Assembly (NCBI GenBank): GCA_023404495.1
Contig: JAEYBE010000004.1
Span: forward strand, 735-64,734
DNA: 64,000 nucleotides
Source: Actinomycetes bacterium
GTDB taxonomy: Bacteria; Actinomycetota; Thermoleophilia; Solirubrobacterales; JACPNS01
Reading direction: 5' to 3'
Under the pieces are notes generated by a model. The model was not told the DNA's origin. It did not search any database and saw only the letters and a list, made by a program, of their open reading frames with translations. Each line of letters begins with the position of its first letter. The first letter of the stretch is position 1. Positions 19,209-29,209 of this stretch are shown here, piece by piece. The translations under genes and the position numbers were made by a program.

Positions 19209-20566
19209 TGGTAGAGCACAAACAGCATCGCGAACAGCATCAGCGAAGTCACCGGGTAGCCGATCGCCACGCGCTCAAGCGGATCGGCGACGAACCCGCC
19301 GTACTCCCAGACGACAAAGAACACCGTGGCAATCAGCCAGCACGCCACCGCGATCCCAGTCTTGCGGGCGGCGAGTGCGGTCTGATTGAGCGTTGCGGCG
19401 CAGAGGTAGATCCCCATACCGACCGTCACGGCCACCAGATCGGCGCGGTCGAAGACGTACTTCTTGCCGAAGACGATCTGCATGATCTCCGGGCCGGCGA
19501 CGAGCATCACCAATGCTGCCACCACCGCAAATCCGGCGATCGCCAGCAGCGTCACGCGCACGCTGTGTCGATACGTCTTGAAGTCTTCATCGGCGTGCAG
19601 TCGCGAAAGATGCGGCAGCAGGCTCGTTGCGACGGACTGGAAGAGCTGCATCGGCGCGCGTGCGATCACCAACAGATTGATCACCGCGGCCGCGGCGAAG
19701 GCCCCGCCGGCCGTGCGGTTGGTGGCGAAGGTTGCGACGTTCAAGATGGCTTGTTCGCAGGCCATGATCACCAGAGCCGCGATCGCAAAGCCGCCGCCCT
19801 CGGTCAACGTGAAATCCGCCTTCTCGATGCTCCCGCCGCCGGCAGCGGCGTCGAGCACCCGCTCGCCCTCGACGGCCTCTTCGGCCGCTTCGGCCGGCGT
19901 GCGCGTGTCGAGTGCCTGTTGCTGGGCGGAGCGTTTGCGGCCCACGAGCGCCAGCGGAACAACGAACAGGCTGATCACCGGACCGGCGAGGATTCCCATC
20001 GCGATCACGTCCTGCCCCGACGCGAGCCCGAGCACGACGGCCAGCGGGAACATGAAGCGCACGAGCGATTCGATCAGCACGAGCAGCCCATAGAGGCCGA
20101 AGCGCTGATTGCCGGCGAGCAGCCCGCGGCCGAAATAGCTCACGGCATAGGCGAGCACCGCGGCGAACATGATCCAGAAGAGCGTCTCGCTGCCGTGCAG
20201 CAGGTCGTCGGTGATCTGCGTCTTGAACGCCAGCGCCAGCGCCGCAAACAGCAGCCCCAACCCGAGCTGGATCGTCGCCGCAATCCGCAGCGGCCGAGCA
20301 AGTTCCTGATCGCGCGCGCGCCGCTCGGCGATCGTGCGCGCCATCAGCTGTTCGATCGGCCGGTAGAAGATCGGTGTGATCAGGAAGACCGCCGACCAGA
20401 GCAGGCCGATCTGTCCGTACTGCTCGCGCGGCAGGGAGTGAGAGGCCAGCGAGAGGTAGAGAAACGTGACCAGTCCGGTCACGCCGATGCCGACGGTCAG
20501 GAGCGCGGCACCGCGCCCGTAGTCGGAGGTCTTGGATCCGCCGTCTGCCGCGGGGTTAGCGGACAT
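19187..20566 (-). CDS. Polysaccharide/oligosaccharide flippase-like membrane protein (MOP/Wzx-type)
   Basis: 459 aa with about 12-14 TM segments and a polysaccharide-biosynthesis-protein-like layout. It is translationally linked to the upstream methyltransferase (11-nt overlap). Confidence 0.7.
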   Translation of the reverse strand: MSANPAADGGSKTSDYGRGAALLTVGIGVTGLVTFLYLSLASHSLPREQYGQIGLLWSAVFLITPIFYRPIEQLMARTIAERRARDQELARPLRIAATIQLGLGLLFAALALAFKTQITDDLLHGSETLFWIMFAAVLAYAVSYFGRGLLAGNQRFGLYGLLVLIESLVRFMFPLAVVLGLASGQDVIAMGILAGPVISLFVVPLALVGRKRSAQQQALDTRTPAEAAEEAVEGERVLDAAAGGGSIEKADFTLTEGGGFAIAALVIMACEQAILNVATFATNRTAGGAFAAAAVINLLVIARAPMQLFQSVATSLLPHLSRLHADEDFKTYRHSVRVTLLAIAGFAVVAALVMLVAGPEIMQIVFGKKYVFDRADLVAVTVGMGIYLCAATLNQTALAARKTGIAVACWLIATVFFVVWEYGGFVADPLERVAIGYPVTSLMLFAMLFVLYQWATPRQ

Positions 20567-21260
20567 CGACGAGCAGCATCGTCCACGGGAACGGCGACTT
20601 CGCCTCGACGACCTTGCCGATCGCCGAAAGTTCCTTGACGAACGCGCGCTTGGACCAGTGGTTCACGTGCCCGGGGGTGTTGCCGAGGTCCTTCCAGTAG
20701 GCGCCGCGCGCCATGTTCAGCCCGCGCCAGAGCGGCTCTCGCGGAACCGAGACAAGTACGTACTTGCTGGCGACGCGGCCCATCTCGGCGATCGTGCTGG
20801 CGGGCTCGGGCACATGCTCGAGCACCTCGATCGCGCTGGCCATCTCAAACTCATTGTCGGCAAACGGGAGGGTGGTGGCCTCGAGCACGCGGTACTCAAG
20901 GTTGTCGCGCTTGCGGTGCTCCCAGGCTGCCTGTAGTTCGGGCTCGTCGAGGTCGATGCCGACGATCCGGCCGTCGCCCAGGCGCTCGGCCCACTTGTGC
21001 GTGAGCACGCCTTCGCCGCAGCCGACATCGAGAATCGAGTTGGGGGAGGCCTGCTTCCAGAGGTCGTCGAGCGTGTCCTCGAAGCCGGCCATCATCTTCT
21101 TGACCAGTGGGTTCTTCGACCCGTACTTGTCGTACGTGTTACCGGTGACGACGTCGGTTGCGTCAGCGTCGCCGGGCCGCGCCGCCTTGTGCAGGTCGTC
21201 GAGGTGGGTCTTGCCGACGTGGGTGGCGGCTTGGGTCGGGTTCTCGGTCGTGTCGCTCAA
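20556..21260 (-). CDS. Class I SAM-dependent methyltransferase
   Basis: Motif I ILDVGCGEGVLT, plus the post-I and motif II/III regions (GIDLD..., FEMASAIEVLEHVPEP). Confidence 0.8.
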   Translation of the reverse strand: MSDTTENPTQAATHVGKTHLDDLHKAARPGDADATDVVTGNTYDKYGSKNPLVKKMMAGFEDTLDDLWKQASPNSILDVGCGEGVLTHKWAERLGDGRIVGIDLDEPELQAAWEHRKRDNLEYRVLEATTLPFADNEFEMASAIEVLEHVPEPASTIAEMGRVASKYVLVSVPREPLWRGLNMARGAYWKDLGNTPGHVNHWSKRAFVKELSAIGKVVEAKSPFPWTMLLVDVR

Positions 21261-22315
21261 AGCTCCAGCGCCTCTCGTTCTTCGGTCTTTCCCGTGGCGT
21301 CGCCAGAGTCGGCGCCGGTGGTCTTGTGGTGGGTGCTGCCGGGCTGGCCGGGCTCGTAGTGCGAAGGTGCGACTCCGAGCTTGAGCTCGACGCGGCGGGT
21401 GCTCTCGAGCATGCGCTGCGTGAGCGTGCGTTGGGCGGCAAGCAGGTCACCGATCACGCCAAGCGCGCCGAGCAGCAGCGCGGCCATCATCAGCACGGCA
21501 CCGAGGATCAGCGACTGCACGTGACCGGCGCCTTCTCCTTGGGCGTAGGCGACGATGAAGCGGACCCAGATCGCGCCGGCGATCAGGCCGCAGACGATTG
21601 CCGCAGTCATGAAGACGCGCAGCGGCTCGTACATCGCGTAGATGCGACCGATCGAAACCGTGTTGCGGCGGATGTAGGCCCACATCGACGGGAAGAGACG
21701 CGACTCGCGCATCTTCTCGTTGGTGCGCACCGGGACGTGGGTCGTGGCGATCAGCGTCTTGCCGGCCAGGATGATCGTCTCAAGCGTGTAGGTGAACTTG
21801 CTGACGACCTGCATGCGCAGCGCGGCCTCGCGGTTGTATGCGCGAAACCCGGAAGTCGTGTCTTCAATGCCGGTCTCCGATGCGCGGCGCACGACGGCGC
21901 TGCCGAGCTTCTGCAGCCGGACCTTGAGGGCCGAGAAGTGCTCGATCGTGTGGACCTGGCGGTCACCCACGACCATGTCGGCGTCGCCCGCGAGGATCGG
22001 CGCGGTCAGGTTGCCGATGTCGCCGGCGTAGTACTGGTTGTCGGCGTCGGTGTTGACGATCACGTCGGCGCCGAGCTTGAGGCAGGCGTCAAGACCGGCC
22101 TGGAAGGCGACCGCGAGGCCCTTGTTGTCGGTCAGTCGGATGATGTGGTCAACGCCGTGCTCTTTGGCGACCTCGACGGTGCGGTCGGTTGAACCGTCGT
22201 CGATCACGAGCCATTCGACCTCATCGAAGCCTTCGACCTGGCGTGGCAGGTCGGCGATCGTGATCGGAAGGGTCTCTTCCTCGTTCAGGCAGGGGATCTG
22301 GATGATCAGTTTCAT
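21257..22315 (-). CDS. Family 2 glycosyltransferase with C-terminal TM helices (polyprenyl-phosphate glycosyltransferase-like)
   Basis: MKLIIQIPCLNEEETLPITI..., VIDDGSTDRT, NTDADNQY (DxD region), SGFRAYNREA, then two TM helices and a short cytoplasmic tail. Confidence 0.85.
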   Translation of the reverse strand: MKLIIQIPCLNEEETLPITIADLPRQVEGFDEVEWLVIDDGSTDRTVEVAKEHGVDHIIRLTDNKGLAVAFQAGLDACLKLGADVIVNTDADNQYYAGDIGNLTAPILAGDADMVVGDRQVHTIEHFSALKVRLQKLGSAVVRRASETGIEDTTSGFRAYNREAALRMQVVSKFTYTLETIILAGKTLIATTHVPVRTNEKMRESRLFPSMWAYIRRNTVSIGRIYAMYEPLRVFMTAAIVCGLIAGAIWVRFIVAYAQGEGAGHVQSLILGAVLMMAALLLGALGVIGDLLAAQRTLTQRMLESTRRVELKLGVAPSHYEPGQPGSTHHKTTGADSGDATGKTEEREALEL

Positions 22316-22505
22316 CTTGCGGTGAATATCTCGCCCAATGTTGCTGCAGCCCGTGGGCGTAAGGGAGGTGGGGGTGTGAATGCGCGCACAAGTGGGCGCG
22401 CGAAGCCGCGATCTTATCCGTTCTCTACACCGGATCGACGCGTGGGGTTACCAATTGCCTTGCGGGGATTGTGGGACTACTCTCGGCTGAGAGGGAGCAG
22501 GAAGC

Positions 22506-23639
22506 TTGACCACTCACACGATCACCGACGCCGACCAGGCACACCTACGCCGCACACTTGAGCTGGCCGAACGCGGCCGCGGCCGCACGAGCCCCAATCC
22601 GGTGGTCGGCGCCGTTGTCGTCAGCGCCGACGGCGAGGTGATCGGCGAGGGCTATCACCACGTCCTGGGCGGCCCGCACGCCGAGCGGGTGGCGATCGAA
22701 TCTTGCAGCAAGGACACGACCGGCGGGACGATCTACGTATCGCTCGAACCTTGCGCGCACACCGGCAAGCAGCCGCCGTGCACCGATGCGATCGTCGAGG
22801 CCGGCCTCGCGCGGGTCGTATACGCGTCCGACGATCCGACCGAGAAGGCGTCTGGCCGCGGTCCGGGGATGCTGCGCGACGAAGGCATCGAGGTGGTCGC
22901 CGCTCAGGGCGAGATCGCCGCCGCGGCGCGGATGATCAATCAGCCGTTTCGCAAACACGCGAAGACCGGACGCCCGCATGTTTTGTTCAAGAGCGCCCAG
23001 ACGCTCGATGGCAAGGTCGCAACCGCCTCCGGAGACTCGCAGTGGATTTCTTCTGAGGAGAGCCGTCAGCTGGCGCACCGCTTTCGCGCCGAGTGCGACG
23101 CGATCGCCGTCGGGATAGGTACGGCGCTGGCCGACGACCCGATGCTCACCGCGCGTGTCGAAGACGCGCCCGAAGAGCGCCACCCGCTCCGCGTGGTCTT
23201 CGATTCCGAGGCCCGTCTACCGCTTGACAGCGCGCTCGTGCAGTCGGCCCGCGAGGTGCCAGTGATCGTTGTGGCCTCCCGCGCCGCGCCGCGCGAGGCG
23301 CTCGCTTCGCTCGAGGCAGTCGGGGTCGACGTGATCGTCGCATCCGGCGAGAACGAGGCGGCCCGCGTGGTCAGCGCGCTCAACGAGCTGGGGCAGCGCG
23401 AGATCCAGTCGCTGCTGCTTGAGGGCGGCCCGCACCTTGCCGGTGCATTCTTCGAGGCAGGCGAAGTCGACTGGATGACGCTCTTCCTCGCCCCGATCGT
23501 GCTCGGCGGCAAGCAGGCTCGCGCAGCGGTCGAGGGCTCGGGCGTCGAGAAGGTCGCAGACGCCTACCGCGCCCTGCGCGTACAAAGCGACCGCATCGGC
23601 GAGGATCTGCTGATCAGCGCCTTCATGCGCGAGTGGTGA
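22506..23639 (+). CDS. ribD: Bifunctional riboflavin biosynthesis protein RibD (pyrimidine deaminase / uracil reductase)
   Basis: Deaminase zinc motifs HAERVAI and PCAHTGKQPPC, then the reductase domain (KSAQTLDGKVA...LLLEGGPHLAGAF). Confidence 0.95.
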   Translation: MTTHTITDADQAHLRRTLELAERGRGRTSPNPVVGAVVVSADGEVIGEGYHHVLGGPHAERVAIESCSKDTTGGTIYVSLEPCAHTGKQPPCTDAIVEAGLARVVYASDDPTEKASGRGPGMLRDEGIEVVAAQGEIAAAARMINQPFRKHAKTGRPHVLFKSAQTLDGKVATASGDSQWISSEESRQLAHRFRAECDAIAVGIGTALADDPMLTARVEDAPEERHPLRVVFDSEARLPLDSALVQSAREVPVIVVASRAAPREALASLEAVGVDVIVASGENEAARVVSALNELGQREIQSLLLEGGPHLAGAFFEAGEVDWMTLFLAPIVLGGKQARAAVEGSGVEKVADAYRALRVQSDRIGEDLLISAFMREW

Positions 23640-23649
23640 CCGCCGCGCT

Positions 23650-23730
23650 CCGCATAACCAAGCCAAGAATCTGCGCAAGTCTGCGCTTTCAGAGGAGACT
23701 TGCGCAGGATTGCCGCTTGGATGCGCGGCC
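23650..23730. repeat. Intergenic hairpin element, copy 2 of the CAAGCCAAGAATCT family, between ribD and ribE
   Basis: CCGCATAACCAAGCCAAGAATCTGCGCAAGTCT-GCGCTTTCAGAGG-AGACTTGCGCAGGATTGCCGCTTGGATGCGCGG. It has a 12-bp perfect core stem (CTGCGCAAGTCT/AGACTTGCGCAG) plus outer pairing CCAAGC/GCTTGG and CCGCAT/ATGCG(C)GG. Confidence 0.6.
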
Positions 23731-23757
23731 GACCTATGTCGCAATAGGCTTCTGAGC

Positions 23758-24348
23758 ATGTTCACTGGCCTGATTGAGCACAGCGGCACGATCGCGCGCG
23801 TCGACGAGAACGCCGACGGAGCGCGGATCGAGATCGCCACGGATCTGGCGCCCACCCTCTCGCTCGGCGACTCGGTGGCGGTCAACGGTGTCTGCCTTAC
23901 GGCGGCCAGCATCAGCGACACGAGTTTCACCGCGGATGTGATGCACGAGTCGCTGCGTCGCACCGCGCTCGGTGCGCTTGGCGCGAACGATCAGGTCAAT
24001 CTTGAGCTGCCGCTGGCGGTCGGAGATCGCCTCGACGGGCACATCGTCCAAGGCCACGTCGACGGCGTCGGCGAAGTCATCCAGACCAGCGATGACGGCT
24101 TCTCGCGCATCCTGCGCATCAAGACACCGGGCGATCTGGCCAAGTACGTCGTCGAGAAGGGCTCGATCACGATCGATGGCGTGAGCCTCACGGTCAGCGC
24201 GGTCGGCGATGACTGGCTCGAAGTGTCGCTCATTCCCGAGACCCAGCAACGGACTACCCTCGGAGATCTGCAGACCGGCGAACACGTGAACCTCGAGGCC
24301 GACATTCTGGCCAAGCACGTCGAGCGTCTGCTGAGCCACCCCACCTAG
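23758..24348 (+). CDS. ribE: Riboflavin synthase (alpha chain)
   Basis: MFTGLIEHSGTIARV..., two lumazine-binding repeats (SVAVNGVCLT and SITIDGVSLT). Confidence 0.95.
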   Translation: MFTGLIEHSGTIARVDENADGARIEIATDLAPTLSLGDSVAVNGVCLTAASISDTSFTADVMHESLRRTALGALGANDQVNLELPLAVGDRLDGHIVQGHVDGVGEVIQTSDDGFSRILRIKTPGDLAKYVVEKGSITIDGVSLTVSAVGDDWLEVSLIPETQQRTTLGDLQTGEHVNLEADILAKHVERLLSHPT

Positions 24349-24364
24349 GTAGAGAAGGCAGGCC

Positions 24365-25648
24365 ATGCCTGACGCAAAACCCCCATTCAGTTCGGTCGAG
24401 GACGCCCTCGAGGACTACAAGCAGGGCAAGATGGTGATCGTCTGCGACGACGAGGACCGCGAAAACGAAGGCGATCTGACGCTGGCGGCCGAGTTCGCCA
24501 CACCAGAGGCGATCAACTTCATGGCCAAGGAAGGGCGCGGCCTGATCTGCCTGGCGCTCAGCCCTGAGCGCTGCGAAGAGCTCGGCCTGAACCTGATGGC
24601 GTTGAAGAACGAGTCGGGTTTCGGCACCGCTTTCACGGTTTCGATTGAGGCGCGCGACGGCGTCACCACCGGCATCAGCGCCGCCGACCGTGCCCGCACG
24701 ATCCAGGTTGCGGTCGATCCTGAGTCGAGCCCGCGCGACCTTGTGCAGCCCGGCCATGTGTTTCCGCTGAAGGCCAAACCCGGCGGCGTGCTCGAGCGCA
24801 CCGGTCAGACCGAAGCGGCAGTCGATCTCGGGCGTCTGGCAGGCCTCACCCCAGCCGGCGTGATCTGCGAGATCATGAACGAGGACGGCACGATGGCCCG
24901 CGTCGACGACCTCGTCGAGTACTCCAAGAAGCACGACCTGAAGATGATCACGGTCGCCCAGCTGATCGAATACCGCCGCCGCCACGACAAGCTGGTCGAG
25001 CGCGTTGCCGAGGCGAAGATGCCGACGGACTTCGGCGAGTTCAACGTGGTTGGATACCGCGCGCTGGTCGACGGAAGCCATCACGTCGCGCTCGTCAAGG
25101 GCGACGTGCAGGGTGAGGAAGACGTGCTCGTGCGCGTCCATTCCGAGTGCCTGACCGGCGACGTCTTCCACTCGATGCGCTGCGACTGCGGCATGCAGCT
25201 ACACCTGGCTCTGGCCCAGATCGAGCGTGAAGGCAAGGGCGTGTTGCTCTACCTCGCGCAGGAGGGCCGCGGCATCGGCTTGCTCAACAAGCTCAAGGCA
25301 TACGCGCTGCAAGACCAGGGGCGCGACACTGTCGAGGCCAATCTCGAACTCGGCCTGCCCGCCGACCTGCGCGACTACGGCACCGGCGCCCAGATGCTCG
25401 TGGACCTCGGTCTGACCAGCATTCGGATCATGACCAACAACCCGAAGAAGATCATCGGCCTCCAGGGCTACGGACTGTCTGTCACCGCACAAGTGCCGAT
25501 CGAGACCGACCCCAACGAGCACAATCTCGACTACCTGCGCACCAAGCGCGACCGCATGGAGCACGCGCTGCACCACCAGGGTCTGAACTTCGACGAAGAG
25601 ATGATCCAGCAGGAACAAGAGCGCGACCGCGAAAAAGCCGAGTCATGA
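24365..25648 (+). CDS. ribBA: Bifunctional 3,4-dihydroxy-2-butanone-4-phosphate synthase / GTP cyclohydrolase II
   Basis: [16 protein letters not shown], then the cyclohydrolase II motifs [21 protein letters not shown] and [13 protein letters not shown]. Confidence 0.95.
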   Translation: MPDAKPPFSSVEDALEDYKQGKMVIVCDDEDRENEGDLTLAAEFATPEAINFMAKEGRGLICLALSPERCEELGLNLMALKNESGFGTAFTVSIEARDGVTTGISAADRARTIQVAVDPESSPRDLVQPGHVFPLKAKPGGVLERTGQTEAAVDLGRLAGLTPAGVICEIMNEDGTMARVDDLVEYSKKHDLKMITVAQLIEYRRRHDKLVERVAEAKMPTDFGEFNVVGYRALVDGSHHVALVKGDVQGEEDVLVRVHSECLTGDVFHSMRCDCGMQLHLALAQIEREGKGVLLYLAQEGRGIGLLNKLKAYALQDQGRDTVEANLELGLPADLRDYGTGAQMLVDLGLTSIRIMTNNPKKIIGLQGYGLSVTAQVPIETDPNEHNLDYLRTKRDRMEHALHHQGLNFDEEMIQQEQERDREKAES

Positions 25649-26103
25649 GCGATGTCACCGAGACCGGCCGCTGGGCGATCGTCGTCGGCGACTTCTACAA
25701 GGATCTCGCCGAACGCCTGATCAGCGGTGCCGACGAAGCCTTCAACGCCGCCGGCGTGAAGCCCGGAAACGTCGACAAGTTCACCGTGCCGGGTGCGTTC
25801 GAACTGCCGCTTGCGGCGATGTACTTGGCGGAGACCGGCAACTACGACGGGATTGCCTGTCTGGGCGCGGTGATCCGCGGCGAGACCGACCACTACGACT
25901 TCGTCTGTGCTGAAGCCGCGCGCGGCATCCAGGACGTGCAGCTGGACACCGGTGTGCCCTGCGCCTTCGGCGTGCTCACCGTGGACAACATGGACCAGGC
26001 GCTCGCCCGCAGCGGCGGCGGCAAGCGTGACCAGGGCGCGCACGCCGTTGAGGCGATCATCCACATGGCCCGGCTGCGCGACACGGTTGCGGTCTCCGAC
26101 TAG
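25645..26103 (+). CDS. ribH: 6,7-dimethyl-8-ribityllumazine synthase
   Basis: [25 protein letters not shown], and FGVLT motifs. The start overlaps the ribBA stop (ATGA). Confidence 0.95.
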   Translation: MSDVTETGRWAIVVGDFYKDLAERLISGADEAFNAAGVKPGNVDKFTVPGAFELPLAAMYLAETGNYDGIACLGAVIRGETDHYDFVCAEAARGIQDVQLDTGVPCAFGVLTVDNMDQALARSGGGKRDQGAHAVEAIIHMARLRDTVAVSD

Positions 26104-26135
26104 CGAACACCGAGCCGCTACCATCACCCACCGTT

Positions 26136-26327
26136 ATGGCGAAAGTTTGTGTTTCATGCGGCCGTGGGCCGTCGTTCGGACAGTCGCGCAGCCACTCGAT
26201 GGTGGCCACCAAGCGCCGCTTCGACCCGAACCTGCAGAAGATCCGCATCGTGAAGGGCAACAGCTCTTCCCGCGAGTACGTCTGCACGCGCTGCATCAAG
26301 GCCGGCAAGATCGTCAAGGCCGTTTAG
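26136..26327 (+). CDS. rpmB: 50S ribosomal protein L28 (zinc-binding C+ form)
   Basis: MAKVCVSCGRGPSFGQSRSHSMVATKRRFDPNLQKIRI...CTRCIKAGK. Confidence 0.95.
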   Translation: MAKVCVSCGRGPSFGQSRSHSMVATKRRFDPNLQKIRIVKGNSSSREYVCTRCIKAGKIVKAV

Positions 26328-26471
26328 CGCCGCCTGACGCTCCAAGCCGTCCAGCCTTTCACAACGATCTTTGGACACCGGTAGCGACGGTCAGCCGCGC
26401 ATGCCGTTAGATTTCGCACGAGTAACTTCGCCGGAGTCGGAATCCGGCTGCATAGAAAGGTCACCCCACAC

Positions 26472-27395
26472 ATGACTGACAGCAACTCCGCCAGGGCTGC
26501 GCGACTGCGCGTCCTGATCGGCGCGATCGCCCTGGTCCTGCTCGCGTCGGTTCTCGCCGGCTGCGGCGACGACGACAAGACTTCGGACTCCGGTGCGACG
26601 GCAGAGACTGCCTCAATCGCCGGCGTCTTCAACCAGGCGGCTGCCGACAAGGTGCCCCAGGAGATCAAGGACAAGGGCACGATTGTCGTTGCTACCGACG
26701 CGTCGTATGCGCCCAACGAGTTCTTCGACGAGGACGGCAAGACGATCATCGGAACCGACGCCGATCTCGCCAAGGCGATTGGCAAGACGCTCGGCCTTGA
26801 GGTCGAGCTGAAGAACGCGACATTCGACTCGATCATCCCCGGCCTTGCTGCCGGCAAGTACGACATCGCGCTCTCGTCCTTCACGGACACCAAGGAACGC
26901 GAGCAGACGGTCGACATGGTCACCTACCTGACCGCAGGCACCGGCTTCTACACGACTGCCGACAACCCGACTGAGGTCGAGACCGTCGCCGATCTCTGCG
27001 GCAAGAAGGTCGCGGTGCAGAAGGGGACGGTGCAGCAGGACGATGTCGAGGCGCAGTCCAAGAAGTGCGACCAGCCGATCGATCTGCAGGTCTTCACGCA
27101 GCAGACCGACGTCGACCTCGCGTTGACGTCGGGCAAGGCGCAGGTTGCGATGGCCGACTCTCCGGTCGCGCAGTACGCGGTCAAGCAGTCTGAGGGCAAG
27201 CTCAAGTCGACCGGGAAGGACTACGACTCGGCTCCCTATGGCGTCGCGGTCAACAAGGACTCCGGTATGACCGAAGCGGTCCAGGCCGCGGTCCAGACGC
27301 TGATCGACAACGGCACCTACGCGGCGATCCTGGAGAAGTGGGGCCTCACCTCCGGCGCAATCGAAGAGTCGAAGATCAACGACGGCGTCGAGTAG
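26472..27395 (+). CDS. Amino-acid ABC transporter substrate-binding lipoprotein (family 3 SBP)
   Basis: Lipobox LAGCGDDD. Family-3 SBP features: TIVVATDASYAPNEF, FDSIIPGLAAGKYDIALSSFTDT. Confidence 0.85.
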   Translation: MTDSNSARAARLRVLIGAIALVLLASVLAGCGDDDKTSDSGATAETASIAGVFNQAAADKVPQEIKDKGTIVVATDASYAPNEFFDEDGKTIIGTDADLAKAIGKTLGLEVELKNATFDSIIPGLAAGKYDIALSSFTDTKEREQTVDMVTYLTAGTGFYTTADNPTEVETVADLCGKKVAVQKGTVQQDDVEAQSKKCDQPIDLQVFTQQTDVDLALTSGKAQVAMADSPVAQYAVKQSEGKLKSTGKDYDSAPYGVAVNKDSGMTEAVQAAVQTLIDNGTYAAILEKWGLTSGAIEESKINDGVE

Positions 27396-27446
27396 CCCGG
27401 CGCGACCGACCTGAATGACGGCATCCACCGGCACCGACCTCCGAGC

Positions 27447-28409
27447 GTGAACGACCAGAATCGCTCGATCGAGGCCGTGCCGGTGCGCCATCCCTGGCGA
27501 TGGATCACCGGCATCCTGCTGCTGGTGATCGTCGCCAACGCGATCTGGTCGATCGCCACCGAGGCGAACATCGACTGGGGCACGGTCGGGGAGTACCTCT
27601 TCTCGACGCGGATCCTGAGTGGTGTCAAATGGACGCTGCTGCTGACGTTGATCGCGATGGTGATGGGCGTTGGCCTTGGCGTGCTTTTCGCCTCGATGTG
27701 GCTTTCACCGAATCCCGTCGCGTCGAGCTTCGCGTGGTTCTACATCTGGGTCTTCCGTGGGACGCCGGTCCTTGTCCAGATTCTCTTCTGGGGTTTTCTC
27801 GGCGCGATCTATCCGCACCTCTCGCTCGGCGTGCCGTTCGGCGGGCCTGAACTGATCGGCGGCGAGACGAATTCGCTGATCACGGCGTTCATGGCTGCGA
27901 TCTTCGGACTCGGGTTCAATGAGGGCGCCTACATGGCCGAGATCGTGCGCGCGGGAATCAATTCGGTCGATGAGGGCCAGGAAGAGGCCGCCGCCGCGCT
28001 CGGAATGAGCCGCCTGCAGACGATGCGTCGGATAGTCCTCCCGCAGGCGATGCGCGTGATCATCCCGCCGACGGGCAACGAGACGATCTCAATGCTCAAG
28101 ACAACATCGCTCGCCTCCGTGATCGCCTTCCCGGAGCTCGTCTACCAAACCCAGCTGATCTACGCACGCAACTACAAGACGATCGAACTGCTGATCGTCG
28201 CCTCGCTCTGGTACCTGTTCTTCACCTCGATCCTGACGATCGTGCAGTACTACATCGAGCGCTACTTCAATCGCGGAACGCGGCGCGAGCCGCCGCCCTC
28301 GCGGATCGAGTACTTCGTGAAGAACTTCCTGCCCAAGCGCTCGCCGCGCGAAGAGGGAGGCTCGATGCCGCCGTTTCCGATGCGCCGTGACGAAAGCGGT
28401 GGTCGATGA
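27447..28409 (+). CDS. Amino-acid ABC transporter permease (His/Glu/Gln/Arg/opine family)
   Basis: EAA loop region [46 protein letters not shown]. Confidence 0.9.
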   Translation: MNDQNRSIEAVPVRHPWRWITGILLLVIVANAIWSIATEANIDWGTVGEYLFSTRILSGVKWTLLLTLIAMVMGVGLGVLFASMWLSPNPVASSFAWFYIWVFRGTPVLVQILFWGFLGAIYPHLSLGVPFGGPELIGGETNSLITAFMAAIFGLGFNEGAYMAEIVRAGINSVDEGQEEAAAALGMSRLQTMRRIVLPQAMRVIIPPTGNETISMLKTTSLASVIAFPELVYQTQLIYARNYKTIELLIVASLWYLFFTSILTIVQYYIERYFNRGTRREPPPSRIEYFVKNFLPKRSPREEGGSMPPFPMRRDESGGR

Positions 28410-29170
28410 GCGCGCCGATGGTTGAAGCAGTCGGCGTGCGCAAGCATTTCGGCCGGCACGAGGTGCTCAAGGGCATCGATCTCTCCGTAGCCGCCGGCGA
28501 GGTGATGGTGCTGCTTGGGCCCTCGGGTTCGGGCAAGTCAACATTTCTGCGCTGCATCAATCACCTCGAGCGGGTCGATGCCGGCGAGTTGCGCGTCGAC
28601 GGTTCGCTGGTTGGCTACCGCGAAGCCAAGGGGAAGATCTACGAGCAGAAGGAGTCCGAGATCGCCGCCGATCGCACACAGATCGGCATGGTCTTTCAGC
28701 GCTTCAATCTCTTCCCGCACATGACCGCGCTGCAGAACATCATCGAGGCACCGACGCGCGTCAAAAAGGTCAAGCGCGCGCAGGCGGTCGAGGAGGGCAG
28801 GGCGCTGCTGGATCAGGTTGGCCTGCTCGACCGCGCGGACGCCTACCCCAACCAGCTCTCGGGCGGTCAGCAGCAACGGATCGCGATCGCGCGAGCACTG
28901 GCGATGAAGCCAAAGCTGATGCTCTTTGACGAGCCGACATCGGCGCTCGACCCGGAGCTTGTCGGCGATGTGCTTGACGTGATGCGAAACCTCGCCAAAG
29001 AGGGGATGACGATGGTCTGCGTGACCCACGAGATCGGCTTCGCTCGTGAGGTCGGCGACCAGCTCGTCTTCATGGATGATGGCGTCGTGGTCGAGAGCGG
29101 CGATCCCGCGGAGGTCATCGCCAATCCACAGAACGAACGCACCAAGGCTTTCCTCTCCAAGGTGCTCTGA
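28406..29170 (+). CDS. Amino-acid ABC transporter ATP-binding protein (GlnQ-like)
   Basis: [38 protein letters not shown]. The start overlaps the permease stop (ATGA). Confidence 0.95.
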   Translation: MSAPMVEAVGVRKHFGRHEVLKGIDLSVAAGEVMVLLGPSGSGKSTFLRCINHLERVDAGELRVDGSLVGYREAKGKIYEQKESEIAADRTQIGMVFQRFNLFPHMTALQNIIEAPTRVKKVKRAQAVEEGRALLDQVGLLDRADAYPNQLSGGQQQRIAIARALAMKPKLMLFDEPTSALDPELVGDVLDVMRNLAKEGMTMVCVTHEIGFAREVGDQLVFMDDGVVVESGDPAEVIANPQNERTKAFLSKVL

Positions 29171-29209
29171 ACTGGGCGCGCGGCCGCCGAGCTGATTTAG
29201 CATCCGGGC

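Noticed and set aside
22316-22505. Expected FMN (RFN) riboswitch in the 190-nt leader upstream of ribD.
   Set aside because: - I could not find the conserved cores (GGGTGAAATTCCC-like P2, ACCGGCGGT, GCCGACRGT, AGTCYGGATGGGAG) on either strand.
- The region is more simply the divergent promoter zone between the GT2 operon and ribD.
- cmsearch with RF00050 would settle it.
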